Shown one piece after another: positions 51,268-59,538 of a stretch of DNA of 64,000 bases (positions are counted from its first letter, which is position 1; every line of letters starts with the position of its first letter). The position numbers and the translations under genes were made by a program. The notes beneath the pieces were generated by a model, which worked only from the letters and a program-made list of their open reading frames with translations, did not search any database and was not told where the DNA came from. Source of the stretch: Tenericutes bacterium HGW-Tenericutes-2 (GTDB taxonomy: Bacteria > Bacillota_I > Bacilli_A > Acholeplasmatales > Acholeplasmataceae); assembly GCA_002839095.1 (NCBI GenBank), contig PGXL01000009.1:2444-66443 (forward strand), in the 5' to 3' direction.

Positions 51268-51991
51268 TCTCAATGACCTCCTCAAATTTTACATAATCGC
51301 CTGGAAGTGCATGGAGTATAACTGCAATAATTCTATTTTCAATATCAACAACTCTGGTGGTCGCAAAGTATATCTTATCCTTAATTTCAATGCCTAAAAG
51401 AAGGGCTTCAACATTACCAGCTTCGCTGGCTATAATGTCTGTATAAATTCCAGAGATTTGATATTTATAATCGTTAGTAATCAAGGAGAAAAGATTATCT
51501 GTTAAATCTACTTTCTTCTCAATATTTTGAAAATATTTATATGGGAAATAAATTCTTTGCAAAGAGATTGGATAATTTCCGATAAGTAATCGGTAGCTAA
51601 TGTCATATGTCATTTCACCCTTTTGTAATCCTAAAATAGGATATACTTGTTTTCTATAATCCACAGAGCCTATGACAACAACTTCTTTCTTGGCTTGATT
51701 ACCAAAATTAAATATATCCTTAACAGTACCATTGAAATGATATCTTCGATTGACGAAGGAACCATACCCTTGTTTGCTTATTACTAAGCCTTTTTTAATC
51801 AAATCTTCGTATGCTCTTCTAATGACAGATCTGCTCAGACCAAAAAGATCACAAAGATCCTTTTCTGTAGGGAGTTTATCCAAATGTCTAAGTTGATTTG
51901 AGTATATTGCATTTTCTATTGCTTTAGTAATCTGCTTGTAAATGGGCACCTTAGAAAACTTATCAATATAAATAGGTATCACTTGAATCAC
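51254..51991 (-). CDS. GntR-family regulator, HutC/UTRA subfamily (paralog B)
   Basis: wHTH (LPTEKDLCDLFGLSRSVIRRAYEDLIKKGLV) + UTRA-like domain. Confidence 0.75.
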   Translation of the reverse strand: MIQVIPIYIDKFSKVPIYKQITKAIENAIYSNQLRHLDKLPTEKDLCDLFGLSRSVIRRAYEDLIKKGLVISKQGYGSFVNRRYHFNGTVKDIFNFGNQAKKEVVVIGSVDYRKQVYPILGLQKGEMTYDISYRLLIGNYPISLQRIYFPYKYFQNIEKKVDLTDNLFSLITNDYKYQISGIYTDIIASEAGNVEALLLGIEIKDKIYFATTRVVDIENRIIAVILHALPGDYVKFEEVIENEKY

Positions 51992-52167
51992 CTTCTTTAG
52001 TACAGTATATATGATTTAAGGATAAATTGCACTCTAATAATTGTTTTTTTACATGGAATACATTTTAGGGAAAATCGCAAAAGAATACATTTCAAACACG
52101 CAATAAAAAAACTCTTTTTGCATAAAATTAAAAACTGAATAAAAGTGCAATATTTTCTTTATTTTCT

Positions 52168-52197
52168 TTGTCACAAATCATAGGAAAAGCGTATAAT
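52168..52197 (+). promoter_or_regulatory. Sigma-70 type promoter upstream of small ORF / hyd operon
   Basis: -35 TTGTCA, 18-nt spacer, -10 TATAAT. Confidence 0.6.
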
Positions 52198-52366
52198 GAA
52201 GTTGAAGAGATTCATCTATAAAATTGCAGCCTAAAATGATACTGTAAGCAACAATAAACCTCTTAATTGAATATCTGTTTTCACACACTTAATCAATTAA
52301 CATTTAATCGTTTACAGAATCATTTCAAACATAAAAAAATCAGAATCGAAAGTGAGGTGAAAACAC

Positions 52367-52462
52367 ATGCAAAACAAGAAACCAGCTCCAAAAGTTCAAG
52401 CGGCTCCAGCTAAACCAGCTCCAAAAGCTCCAGTTCAACCTGCTAAACCAGTTAAGAAATAA
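52367..52462 (+). CDS. Candidate 31-aa Lys/Pro/Ala-rich small protein (MQNKKPAPKVQAAPAKPAPKAPVQPAKPVKK)
   Basis: GAGGTGA SD 6 nt upstream of ATG; below ORF-track size cutoff; composition highly biased so could be non-coding. Confidence 0.35.
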   Translation: MQNKKPAPKVQAAPAKPAPKAPVQPAKPVKK

Positions 52463-52729
52463 TCACTGAAAACAGTTTGAAAGAAGCTTGATTCAAACTG
52501 ATTGTATGGATGCAATCAGACCTATAAAAAACTAAACATACCAACATGCCAGCTCTTACGAACTGACATGTTTTTTTATTTCAAATATCCTCGTATTTAT
52601 TTATATTATATTTAGAAAACGTTATCATACATTATTTACAATGATTATATAAAAATGGGCTTTCCAAATCGAAAATACGTGTTATAATGAGGGTGAAAAT
52701 AACGATAAACAATTTAAAAGGAGTCCCCT

Positions 52730-53245
52730 ATGAATGCACATTCACAGATTACTAGTGAAAAGCTTGCTCTTTTTTACTTGCAATTAGAAAAGAACAAAGT
52801 ATTACCTGGACCATTGATGCCGACACTACATGATGCTCAGCATATTTTTGGTTATATACCATTATCAATTCAAAAAATTATTTCAAAAGAACTTGGCGAA
52901 AGTATTGCTAAGATCAATGGAGTTGTTACCTTTTATGGTAACTTCTCAGTAACACCTAAAGGTAAAAAAACGATTGGTGTTTGTCTTGGAACTGCCTGCT
53001 ATGTAAGAGGTTCTAAGAATATTATGGACACCATCGAAGATGATTTAAAAATTAAATCTGGCGAGACAACAAAGGATGGAGAGATTACTCTAACTGCAAC
53101 ACGCTGTATAGGCGCATGTGGACTAGCTCCAGTTTTTTCCGTTGGTGATCATATTTATGGGAATTCAAACGTTTCTAAAGCCAAGCAAGTCTTAAAGGAA
53201 ATGAGAGAAGCAGCTGAAAATAAGGTAAAAGCCGATGAAGCTTAG
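52730..53245 (+). CDS. hydC: NuoE-like [2Fe-2S] thioredoxin-fold subunit (HydC of HydABC-type hydrogenase)
   Basis: AAAGGAG SD; Cys pattern C..C...C(x35)C in GVCLGTACYVRG ... RCIGACGLAP. Confidence 0.85.
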   Translation: MNAHSQITSEKLALFYLQLEKNKVLPGPLMPTLHDAQHIFGYIPLSIQKIISKELGESIAKINGVVTFYGNFSVTPKGKKTIGVCLGTACYVRGSKNIMDTIEDDLKIKSGETTKDGEITLTATRCIGACGLAPVFSVGDHIYGNSNVSKAKQVLKEMREAAENKVKADEA

Positions 53246-53618
53246 TGAAATCATTAAAAAGTATAATTTCAAGGTCTATACACCTGAAATATTACATGAA
53301 ATGGATATTAATTATGCATTTTGCTCTGATTTAATGAGTGATGCATTAATCATTCTAAATTCTGTTACAGACGAAAGAATACTTGCACAAAGTATGCTGA
53401 TTACTGGTCTAACGACCAATCAATCGATTCGAACTGCTGAAATGCTAGATGTGAATGTAGTTTTACTTGTTAGAGGAAAAATACCATCACTCAAAGTGGT
53501 TGACTTAGCAATTGAATCTAACATTTTATTACTTTCGACAGAACAAACCATGTTTAACATGAGTGGTTTGTTATATGGTGATGGAATTAAAGGAATTTAT
53601 TACAATCAGCAATGGTAG
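53235..53618 (+). CDS. DRTGG domain protein
   Basis: 127 aa; DRTGG-like core (MLITGLTT.. / DVNVVLLVRGKIPS) as in small hydrogenase-operon proteins. Confidence 0.55.
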   Translation: MKLSEIIKKYNFKVYTPEILHEMDINYAFCSDLMSDALIILNSVTDERILAQSMLITGLTTNQSIRTAEMLDVNVVLLVRGKIPSLKVVDLAIESNILLLSTEQTMFNMSGLLYGDGIKGIYYNQQW

Positions 53619-54046
53619 CTAAAGAATATCAAATTATCGCTAAAAATTATGAGTTCGCTGGTCGAGCATCTAGTGATATAAAAAAAACATTAAAAAGATT
53701 AGAAATCGATAGAAATCTAATGAAACGCGTATGTTCAGCATCCTATGAAGCTGAAATTAATGTCGTCATTCATTCCTTTGGTGGATTTGCAGTTTTTCAA
53801 ATGGATGAATCCAAAATTGTTTTAGACTTCATCGATGATGGTCCAGGAATTCAAAACATTGATCTTGCGATGACTGAAGGCTATTCAACAGCAACTGAAC
53901 TAGACCACTCTAATGGCTTTGGTGCAGGTATGGGTTTACCTAACATCAAACGCATTGCAGATGAGATGGATCTTCGATCTGATCATTATGGAACACATCT
54001 CAAGATTACATTCTATCTTGGAGGTGACAAAAATGCTAGTCAGTGA
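53612..54046 (+). CDS. Histidine-kinase-like ATPase, anti-sigma-factor (RsbW/SpoIIAB)-type Ser/Thr kinase fold
   Basis: HATPase_c N, G1 (DDGPGI) and G2 (GFGAGMGL) boxes; 144 aa; ATGGTAG overlap with upstream gene. Confidence 0.7.
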   Translation: MVAKEYQIIAKNYEFAGRASSDIKKTLKRLEIDRNLMKRVCSASYEAEINVVIHSFGGFAVFQMDESKIVLDFIDDGPGIQNIDLAMTEGYSTATELDHSNGFGAGMGLPNIKRIADEMDLRSDHYGTHLKITFYLGGDKNASQ

Positions 54047-54365
54047 TTTAATCAATAGTTCATATGAACTGCTAACGAATCAAGATACACTATCGAATAC
54101 AGTTCAAGGAATATATCAAACTGATCTTTTAAGTGCAGCAATCAAAAGTGCGAAACCAAATGATGCATTAATCACGTTGATTTCACATGTAAATACAATA
54201 GCTTTGGCAATGATGATTGACCTTTCGTTGATCATCATTGCTGAACATAGATCAGTTTCAATAGAAATGATTGATAAAGCGAATGAAGAGGGTATTTGCA
54301 TTCTTCGAACGCATTTGAAATCTCATGAAGTCGTTATTGACTTATTTAAAAGAGGTCTCCTATGA
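54033..54365 (+). CDS. DRTGG domain protein (second copy)
   Basis: GGAGGTG SD; 110 aa; related to 53235 gene (ALITLISHVNTIALAMMIDLSLIIIAE). Confidence 0.55.
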   Translation: MLVSDLINSSYELLTNQDTLSNTVQGIYQTDLLSAAIKSAKPNDALITLISHVNTIALAMMIDLSLIIIAEHRSVSIEMIDKANEEGICILRTHLKSHEVVIDLFKRGLL

Positions 54366-55063
54366 TTTATTATTATGACCTACATATACATTCTGTATTA
54401 TCTCCAGATGCTGATACTTTAATGACACCAAACAATATTTTTAATATGGCAAACCTAAAGGGTTTAAATATTATATCAGTCACAGACCATAACTCATTCA
54501 AGCAGCTTCCTGTTTTATATGAAATATCGAAAAGCTATGATATGCTTTTCATTCCTGGTGTTGAAATTTCCGTTAAGGAAGGCTTTCATCTTTTATGTTA
54601 TTTCAAACATATTGAAGATGCGCTTTCCTTCGATGCATTGTTAGATACATGTAATCATAAACAAGGATATGATGAAAAGACTTTAGGAAGATCAGAGATT
54701 ACCGACATTCATGATGCTGTCATTGATCTCTATCCCTATGATTTAACTCTTTCTCTAACTCTTTCTTTGAAACAATTGATTCTAATTCTAAAGGATTATG
54801 ATCATATCTTAGTTTATGCACATGTGGATAGAAAAAAACATAGTGGCCTAGCATATATTCATGAATATCCATTGGATGCGATTGAACTTACTAAAAATGC
54901 AAATAATGATTTCATAATACAAAATCAACTCACAAATCAAATCATTGTATATAATTCTGATGCACATCAGATTACAGATATTTCTGAAAGAGAAAAAATG
55001 AATCAAATGGAATTAGAAAGCTTGACCATGGAGTCATTTTTTAGGTTCTTTAAAAATGGATGA
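54362..55063 (+). CDS. PHP (polymerase/histidinol-phosphatase) domain metal-dependent phosphoesterase
   Basis: N-terminal YYYDLHIHSVLSPDA... and SVTDHNSF motifs; AAGAGG SD. Confidence 0.75.
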   Translation: MIYYYDLHIHSVLSPDADTLMTPNNIFNMANLKGLNIISVTDHNSFKQLPVLYEISKSYDMLFIPGVEISVKEGFHLLCYFKHIEDALSFDALLDTCNHKQGYDEKTLGRSEITDIHDAVIDLYPYDLTLSLTLSLKQLILILKDYDHILVYAHVDRKKHSGLAYIHEYPLDAIELTKNANNDFIIQNQLTNQIIVYNSDAHQITDISEREKMNQMELESLTMESFFRFFKNG

Positions 55064-55625
55064 TTTAGCAACCTATTTATTAGATATCATTCAAAATTCT
55101 ATCACTGCAAAGTCATCTATCATTCATCTTTCTATAGATATTCAAGATGACATGAAAATATCTATTAAAGATAATGGATTGGGTATGTCAGAAGACATAT
55201 TAAAAAAAGCGACCTCTCCCTTCTTTACAACAAGAACGACAAGGACAGTAGGTCTAGGATTATCATTTTTAAAAATGATATCAGAACAAACAGAAGGATC
55301 TTTTCAATTAGAATCTATAGAAAATAAAGGAACAAACCTTTATATGACACTTAATTATCTACATCCAGATATGCCTCCATTGGGAGATCTAGGAGAATTG
55401 ATATATACATTATCCATTCATCAGGATTTAATAGAGTTCATATTTGATTTTAAATATAAAAATCATTCATATCATTATCAAGCAAGTGAAATGAAGGAAA
55501 TGTTTAAAGAACTTTTAAGTACATATTCAATAATGAAAGCTTTAATAGAACTGATTAATCAAGAAATACATATAGATGAGGTGAACCATGAAATCTTTAG
55601 AAGATTTAAAGAAGTTAAGAGATGA
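55056..55625 (+). CDS. Stand-alone histidine-kinase-like ATPase (HATPase_c) domain protein
   Basis: N box (IIQNSITA), G1 DNGLGM, G2 GLGLSF; no DHp or receiver domain. Confidence 0.65.
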   Translation: MDDLATYLLDIIQNSITAKSSIIHLSIDIQDDMKISIKDNGLGMSEDILKKATSPFFTTRTTRTVGLGLSFLKMISEQTEGSFQLESIENKGTNLYMTLNYLHPDMPPLGDLGELIYTLSIHQDLIEFIFDFKYKNHSYHYQASEMKEMFKELLSTYSIMKALIELINQEIHIDEVNHEIFRRFKEVKR

Positions 55626-55956
55626 AGCGTTAAAAAAGATGACAATGCGCTATACAAAAGATGGATATAGAATCCAAATTGGAATGGGTACATGTGGGAT
55701 TGCATCAGGTGCAAAACCAATTCTTTCTGCTTTTTTAGAAGAAATTGAATCACATGAACTTTCAAATGTTACAGTCACACAAGTTGGTTGTATGGGCGAA
55801 TGTGCCTATGAACCAATGGCAGAGGTCATTGATATGAATGGTCAGTCCTACGTATATTGTGGGGTAACTATTCCTATGGTTAAGGAAATCATTGAGAAGC
55901 ATATTATCAATAATGAGCCTCAAACAAGATACCTTTTAACATCAAGAAAGGGATAG
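55588..55956 (+). CDS. Thioredoxin-like [2Fe-2S] ferredoxin (HydD-like small subunit)
   Basis: GATGAGGTG SD; Cys motifs GTCGIASGA ... GCMGECAYEP. Confidence 0.75.
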   Translation: MKSLEDLKKLRDEALKKMTMRYTKDGYRIQIGMGTCGIASGAKPILSAFLEEIESHELSNVTVTQVGCMGECAYEPMAEVIDMNGQSYVYCGVTIPMVKEIIEKHIINNEPQTRYLLTSRKG

Positions 55957-55965
55957 GGCGAAATC

Positions 55966-57777
55966 ATGTTAGAAAGAATACAAGTATTAATATGTGGTGG
56001 GACAGGATGCTTAAGCTCAAATGCTAAAGAAATAAAAAAAGCTTTTGAAGAACACCTAGAAGTATTAGAAATGACAGATGAGGTTGGACTAGTTTTGACT
56101 GGTTGTTTTGGCCTATGCGAAAAAGGACCTGTAGTTGTAGTTTATCCTGATGAAACCTTCTACACACATGTCACAGTTGATGATGTAAAGGAAATATGTG
56201 AGGAGCATCTACTAAAAGGTAGACCGTTAGAAAGATTGATGGTAAAAAATCCTTTAGATAAATCAAAGATTAAAAATATGGGTCAACTCAAATTCTATGC
56301 AAAACAAAAGAGAATTGCATTAAGAAATTGTGGAAATATAAACCCAATGGAAATTGAAGAATATATCGCAAAGGATGGATACCTAGCACTAGGTACAATC
56401 TTAAAGGAAAAAACACCACAGGAAGTTATTGATCAAATGATTCATTCAGGTCTTCGTGGTCGTGGTGGTGGAGGATTCTCCACAGGTAAAAAATGGCAGT
56501 TCGCTAAAAACTCAGAATCAGATCAAAAATATGTGATTTGTAATGCTGATGAAGGAGATCCAGGTGCATTTATGGACCGCGCAGTTTTAGAGGGCGATCC
56601 ACATTCTGTATTAGAAGCAATGGCTATCTGCGGTTATGCCATTGGTGCAAACCAGGGATATATCTATGTACGTGCAGAATATCCAGTCGCAGTAGAAAGA
56701 CTTGGAATTGCAATTAAACAAGCAAAGGAATACGGACTATTAGGTAAAAACCTTTTTGGTTCTAATTTTAGCTTTGATATTGATATTCGTTTAGGAGCAG
56801 GAGCATTCGTATGTGGTGAAGAAACAGCATTAATCGCATCCATTGAAGGATATAGAGGAATGCCAAGACTTAAACCTCCATTTCCAGCTGTTCGAGGACT
56901 ATGGGGCAAGCCTACCAATGTCAACAATGTGGAAACACTTGCTAACATCCCTGTTATCTTTTTAAAAGGTGCTGATTGGTTCAAATCCATAGGTACTGAA
57001 AAATCAAGTGGAACCAAAGTGTTTGCTCTTGGTGGAAAAATTAATAACACAGGATTAGTAGAGGTTCCAATGGGCACTACCATCAGAGAAATAGTTTTTG
57101 ACATCGGTGGTGGTATTCCAAATAAAAGAAAGTTTAAAGCGATTCAAACAGGTGGACCATCTGGAGGATGTATTACTGCAGAATTTCTAGATACCCCAAT
57201 TGATTTTGAAAACTTAACTGCCTTAGGTTCTATGATGGGATCAGGTGGAATGATTGTAATGGATGAAGACAATTGCATGGTCGATGTCGCAAGATTTTAT
57301 CTTGACTTCACCGTCGATGAATCCTGCGGTAAATGTACACCATGTCGTGAAGGTACTAAGCAGATGAGAGATATTCTAGACCGTATTTGTGAAGGCCTAG
57401 GAACCTTAAAGGATTTAGATGAGCTTGAACGCTTAGCACACATGATTCAAGAAACATCATTATGTGGATTGGGGCAAACTGCACCAAATCCAGTTTTATC
57501 TACGCTAAAGCATTTTAAGGATGAATATATTGCACATGTGGTTGATAAAACATGTCCAGCTGGCGTTTGCCGTGAATTGACCAATTTCTTTATTGAAGAT
57601 AATTGTGTTGGTTGTGGTAAATGTGCTAAATACTGCCCAGTTAACGCAATTACAGGTTGGCAAAGAGACATACACAAGATTGATTTAGATCTTTGCATCC
57701 GCTGTGGAGCATGTAAAAAAGCATGTCCAGTTAATGCAATAACAAGCAAACCAATGCATGAGGAGGCATCTAGATGA
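55966..57777 (+). CDS. hydB: NuoF-like NADH-binding flavoprotein subunit of bifurcating [FeFe]-hydrogenase (HydB), with N-terminal 2Fe-2S and C-terminal 2x[4Fe-4S] domains
   Basis: FMN site GRGGGGFSTGKKW, NADH site, SLBB, 4Fe-4S CGKCTPCREG, C-terminal CVGCGKCAKYCP and CIRCGACKKACP. Confidence 0.9.
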   Translation: MLERIQVLICGGTGCLSSNAKEIKKAFEEHLEVLEMTDEVGLVLTGCFGLCEKGPVVVVYPDETFYTHVTVDDVKEICEEHLLKGRPLERLMVKNPLDKSKIKNMGQLKFYAKQKRIALRNCGNINPMEIEEYIAKDGYLALGTILKEKTPQEVIDQMIHSGLRGRGGGGFSTGKKWQFAKNSESDQKYVICNADEGDPGAFMDRAVLEGDPHSVLEAMAICGYAIGANQGYIYVRAEYPVAVERLGIAIKQAKEYGLLGKNLFGSNFSFDIDIRLGAGAFVCGEETALIASIEGYRGMPRLKPPFPAVRGLWGKPTNVNNVETLANIPVIFLKGADWFKSIGTEKSSGTKVFALGGKINNTGLVEVPMGTTIREIVFDIGGGIPNKRKFKAIQTGGPSGGCITAEFLDTPIDFENLTALGSMMGSGGMIVMDEDNCMVDVARFYLDFTVDESCGKCTPCREGTKQMRDILDRICEGLGTLKDLDELERLAHMIQETSLCGLGQTAPNPVLSTLKHFKDEYIAHVVDKTCPAGVCRELTNFFIEDNCVGCGKCAKYCPVNAITGWQRDIHKIDLDLCIRCGACKKACPVNAITSKPMHEEASR

Positions 57778-59531
57778 TTAAAGATATCCATATTCAAATT
57801 AATGGTCAAAATATAACAGCAAAATCCAATCAGACTATTTTAAAATCAGCAGAGGAAAATGGAATCTACATTCCACGTCTTTGTTACTTTGAAGGTATAC
57901 ATGAAGAAGGTAACTGTCGTGTTTGTTCTGTGAAGATAAATGATCAAAAAAACTTAAAGCCTGCTTGTAAAACAATGGTTGAAGAAGGCATGAAAATCGT
58001 TACAGATGATTTAGATGTATACCAAACTGTAACCATGAATTTAGAGCTATTATCTCATAAGCATCATTTTGAATGTTTTAACTGTTCAAGAGAAGATAAT
58101 TGCGAATTTTTAGATTTACTTAGAAGATACTCAGTTGAAAATGAATTAACTCATCTTTATGGAGCACATGATGCACAACGATATTTTTCAGATTCCTCAG
58201 GAGTTTTAGAACTAGATAGCAGTAAATGTATCTTATGCGGAAGATGTGTTTCAGCATGTGAAAAATATACTGGATTAGGTATTTTAAATTATAACGAACG
58301 TGGATCAGAAACATACGTAGGACCAGCACTTTTTCATAATCTTGAGGATGCTGGATGTATTTATTGTGGCAAGTGTATTCAAGCATGTCCAACCGGTGCA
58401 CTCAGTGAAAAGGATGACATCAGACTTGTTGAAATGGCACTTCGTGATCCGAAGAAAAAAATTATTGTTCAAGTTGCACCTTCAATTCGTGCAACGCTAG
58501 GTGAAGAATTCGGTTATCCAGTAGGAACCAATGTTGAAGGCCAAATGTTTGCAGCACTTCACGCACTTGGAATTCATGAGATTATGGATACCAATTTTAC
58601 TGCGGATTTAACCATTTTAGAAGAAGGAACTGAGTTTATTAATCGACTTGAAAATAATGGTCCTTTTCCAATGTTTACCTCCTGTTCACCAGGTTGGGTG
58701 AATTATTTAGAGCTATATCATCCAGAATATATACCAAATCTTTCTAGCTGTAAATCACCACAACAAATGGCTGGAGCTTTAATTAAGACCTATTATGCGA
58801 AAGAGCTCAATATGGATCCAAAGGATATTGTATCTCTTTCCATCATGCCATGTATAGCAAAAAAGGCAGAAGCAAAAAGAGAAGATATGGGTAGAGATGG
58901 GTATAGAGACGTAGATATCGTGTTGACAACTAGAGAGATTGCAAGACTGATTAAGCGCAGAAAAGTGGATTTTAGAAATTTAAAACCAATCAAGCCTTAT
59001 GGAACACTTGCATCCTATACTGGTGCTGCTAATATATTTGGTGCAACAGGTGGAGTGATGGAAGCAGCACTTAGAACTGTAACTGAAATACTTGAAGATC
59101 ATGAAACTCCTATTGATTTCAAGGAAGTTCGTGGAAATCAAGATATTAAAGAAGCAACCTATATGATTAAAGGAACACCAATTCATATTGCAGTCGTTCA
59201 TGGTGGTACCGCGATAAAAACATTTATGGAAGACATGATTAAAAATAACAAGAAATATCATTTCGTTGAAATCATGGGTTGCACAGGTGGTTGTATCAAT
59301 GGTGGTGGTCAACCGATTGTTCCAGCAAAGATTTATGAAAAGGTTGATATTCGTTCCATTAGAGCAAGCGTATTATATGATATCGATTCTAAATCTGATT
59401 TGAGAAAATCCCATAACAATCCGTTTGTTAAAAAATTATATGAAGATTTCCTAGGTCATCCAAACTCACATAAATCTCATGAATTGCTGCATACATCATA
59501 TAAGAAAAGAGAAATCTACAACAACATTTAG
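57774..59531 (+). CDS. hydA: [FeFe]-hydrogenase catalytic subunit (HydA, M3-type N-terminal arrangement) with variant L1 motif TSCSP
   Basis: N-terminal 2Fe-2S, His-ligated 4Fe-4S (HKHHFECFNCSREDNC), two 4Fe-4S, H-domain motifs FTSCSPGW (L1 variant), MPCIAKKAEA (L2), EIMGCTGGCINGGGQP (L3); ATGA overlap with hydB. Confidence 0.9.
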   Translation: MIKDIHIQINGQNITAKSNQTILKSAEENGIYIPRLCYFEGIHEEGNCRVCSVKINDQKNLKPACKTMVEEGMKIVTDDLDVYQTVTMNLELLSHKHHFECFNCSREDNCEFLDLLRRYSVENELTHLYGAHDAQRYFSDSSGVLELDSSKCILCGRCVSACEKYTGLGILNYNERGSETYVGPALFHNLEDAGCIYCGKCIQACPTGALSEKDDIRLVEMALRDPKKKIIVQVAPSIRATLGEEFGYPVGTNVEGQMFAALHALGIHEIMDTNFTADLTILEEGTEFINRLENNGPFPMFTSCSPGWVNYLELYHPEYIPNLSSCKSPQQMAGALIKTYYAKELNMDPKDIVSLSIMPCIAKKAEAKREDMGRDGYRDVDIVLTTREIARLIKRRKVDFRNLKPIKPYGTLASYTGAANIFGATGGVMEAALRTVTEILEDHETPIDFKEVRGNQDIKEATYMIKGTPIHIAVVHGGTAIKTFMEDMIKNNKKYHFVEIMGCTGGCINGGGQPIVPAKIYEKVDIRSIRASVLYDIDSKSDLRKSHNNPFVKKLYEDFLGHPNSHKSHELLHTSYKKREIYNNI

Positions 59532-59538
59532 GAGACTT

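Noticed and set aside
53913-54032. N-terminal 40 codons of ORF 53913-54365
   Set aside because: This extension overlaps the HATPase gene out of frame. A GGAGGTG SD precedes the internal ATG at 54033, which gives a 110-aa DRTGG protein.
54116-59312. ORFs 54116-54301, 55559-55765, 56664-57104, 57447-57809, 58120-58401, 58793-58993, 58980-59312
   Set aside because: Antisense or alternate-frame ORFs inside the hyd operon genes; the sense genes carry unmistakable FeS/flavin/H-cluster motifs.
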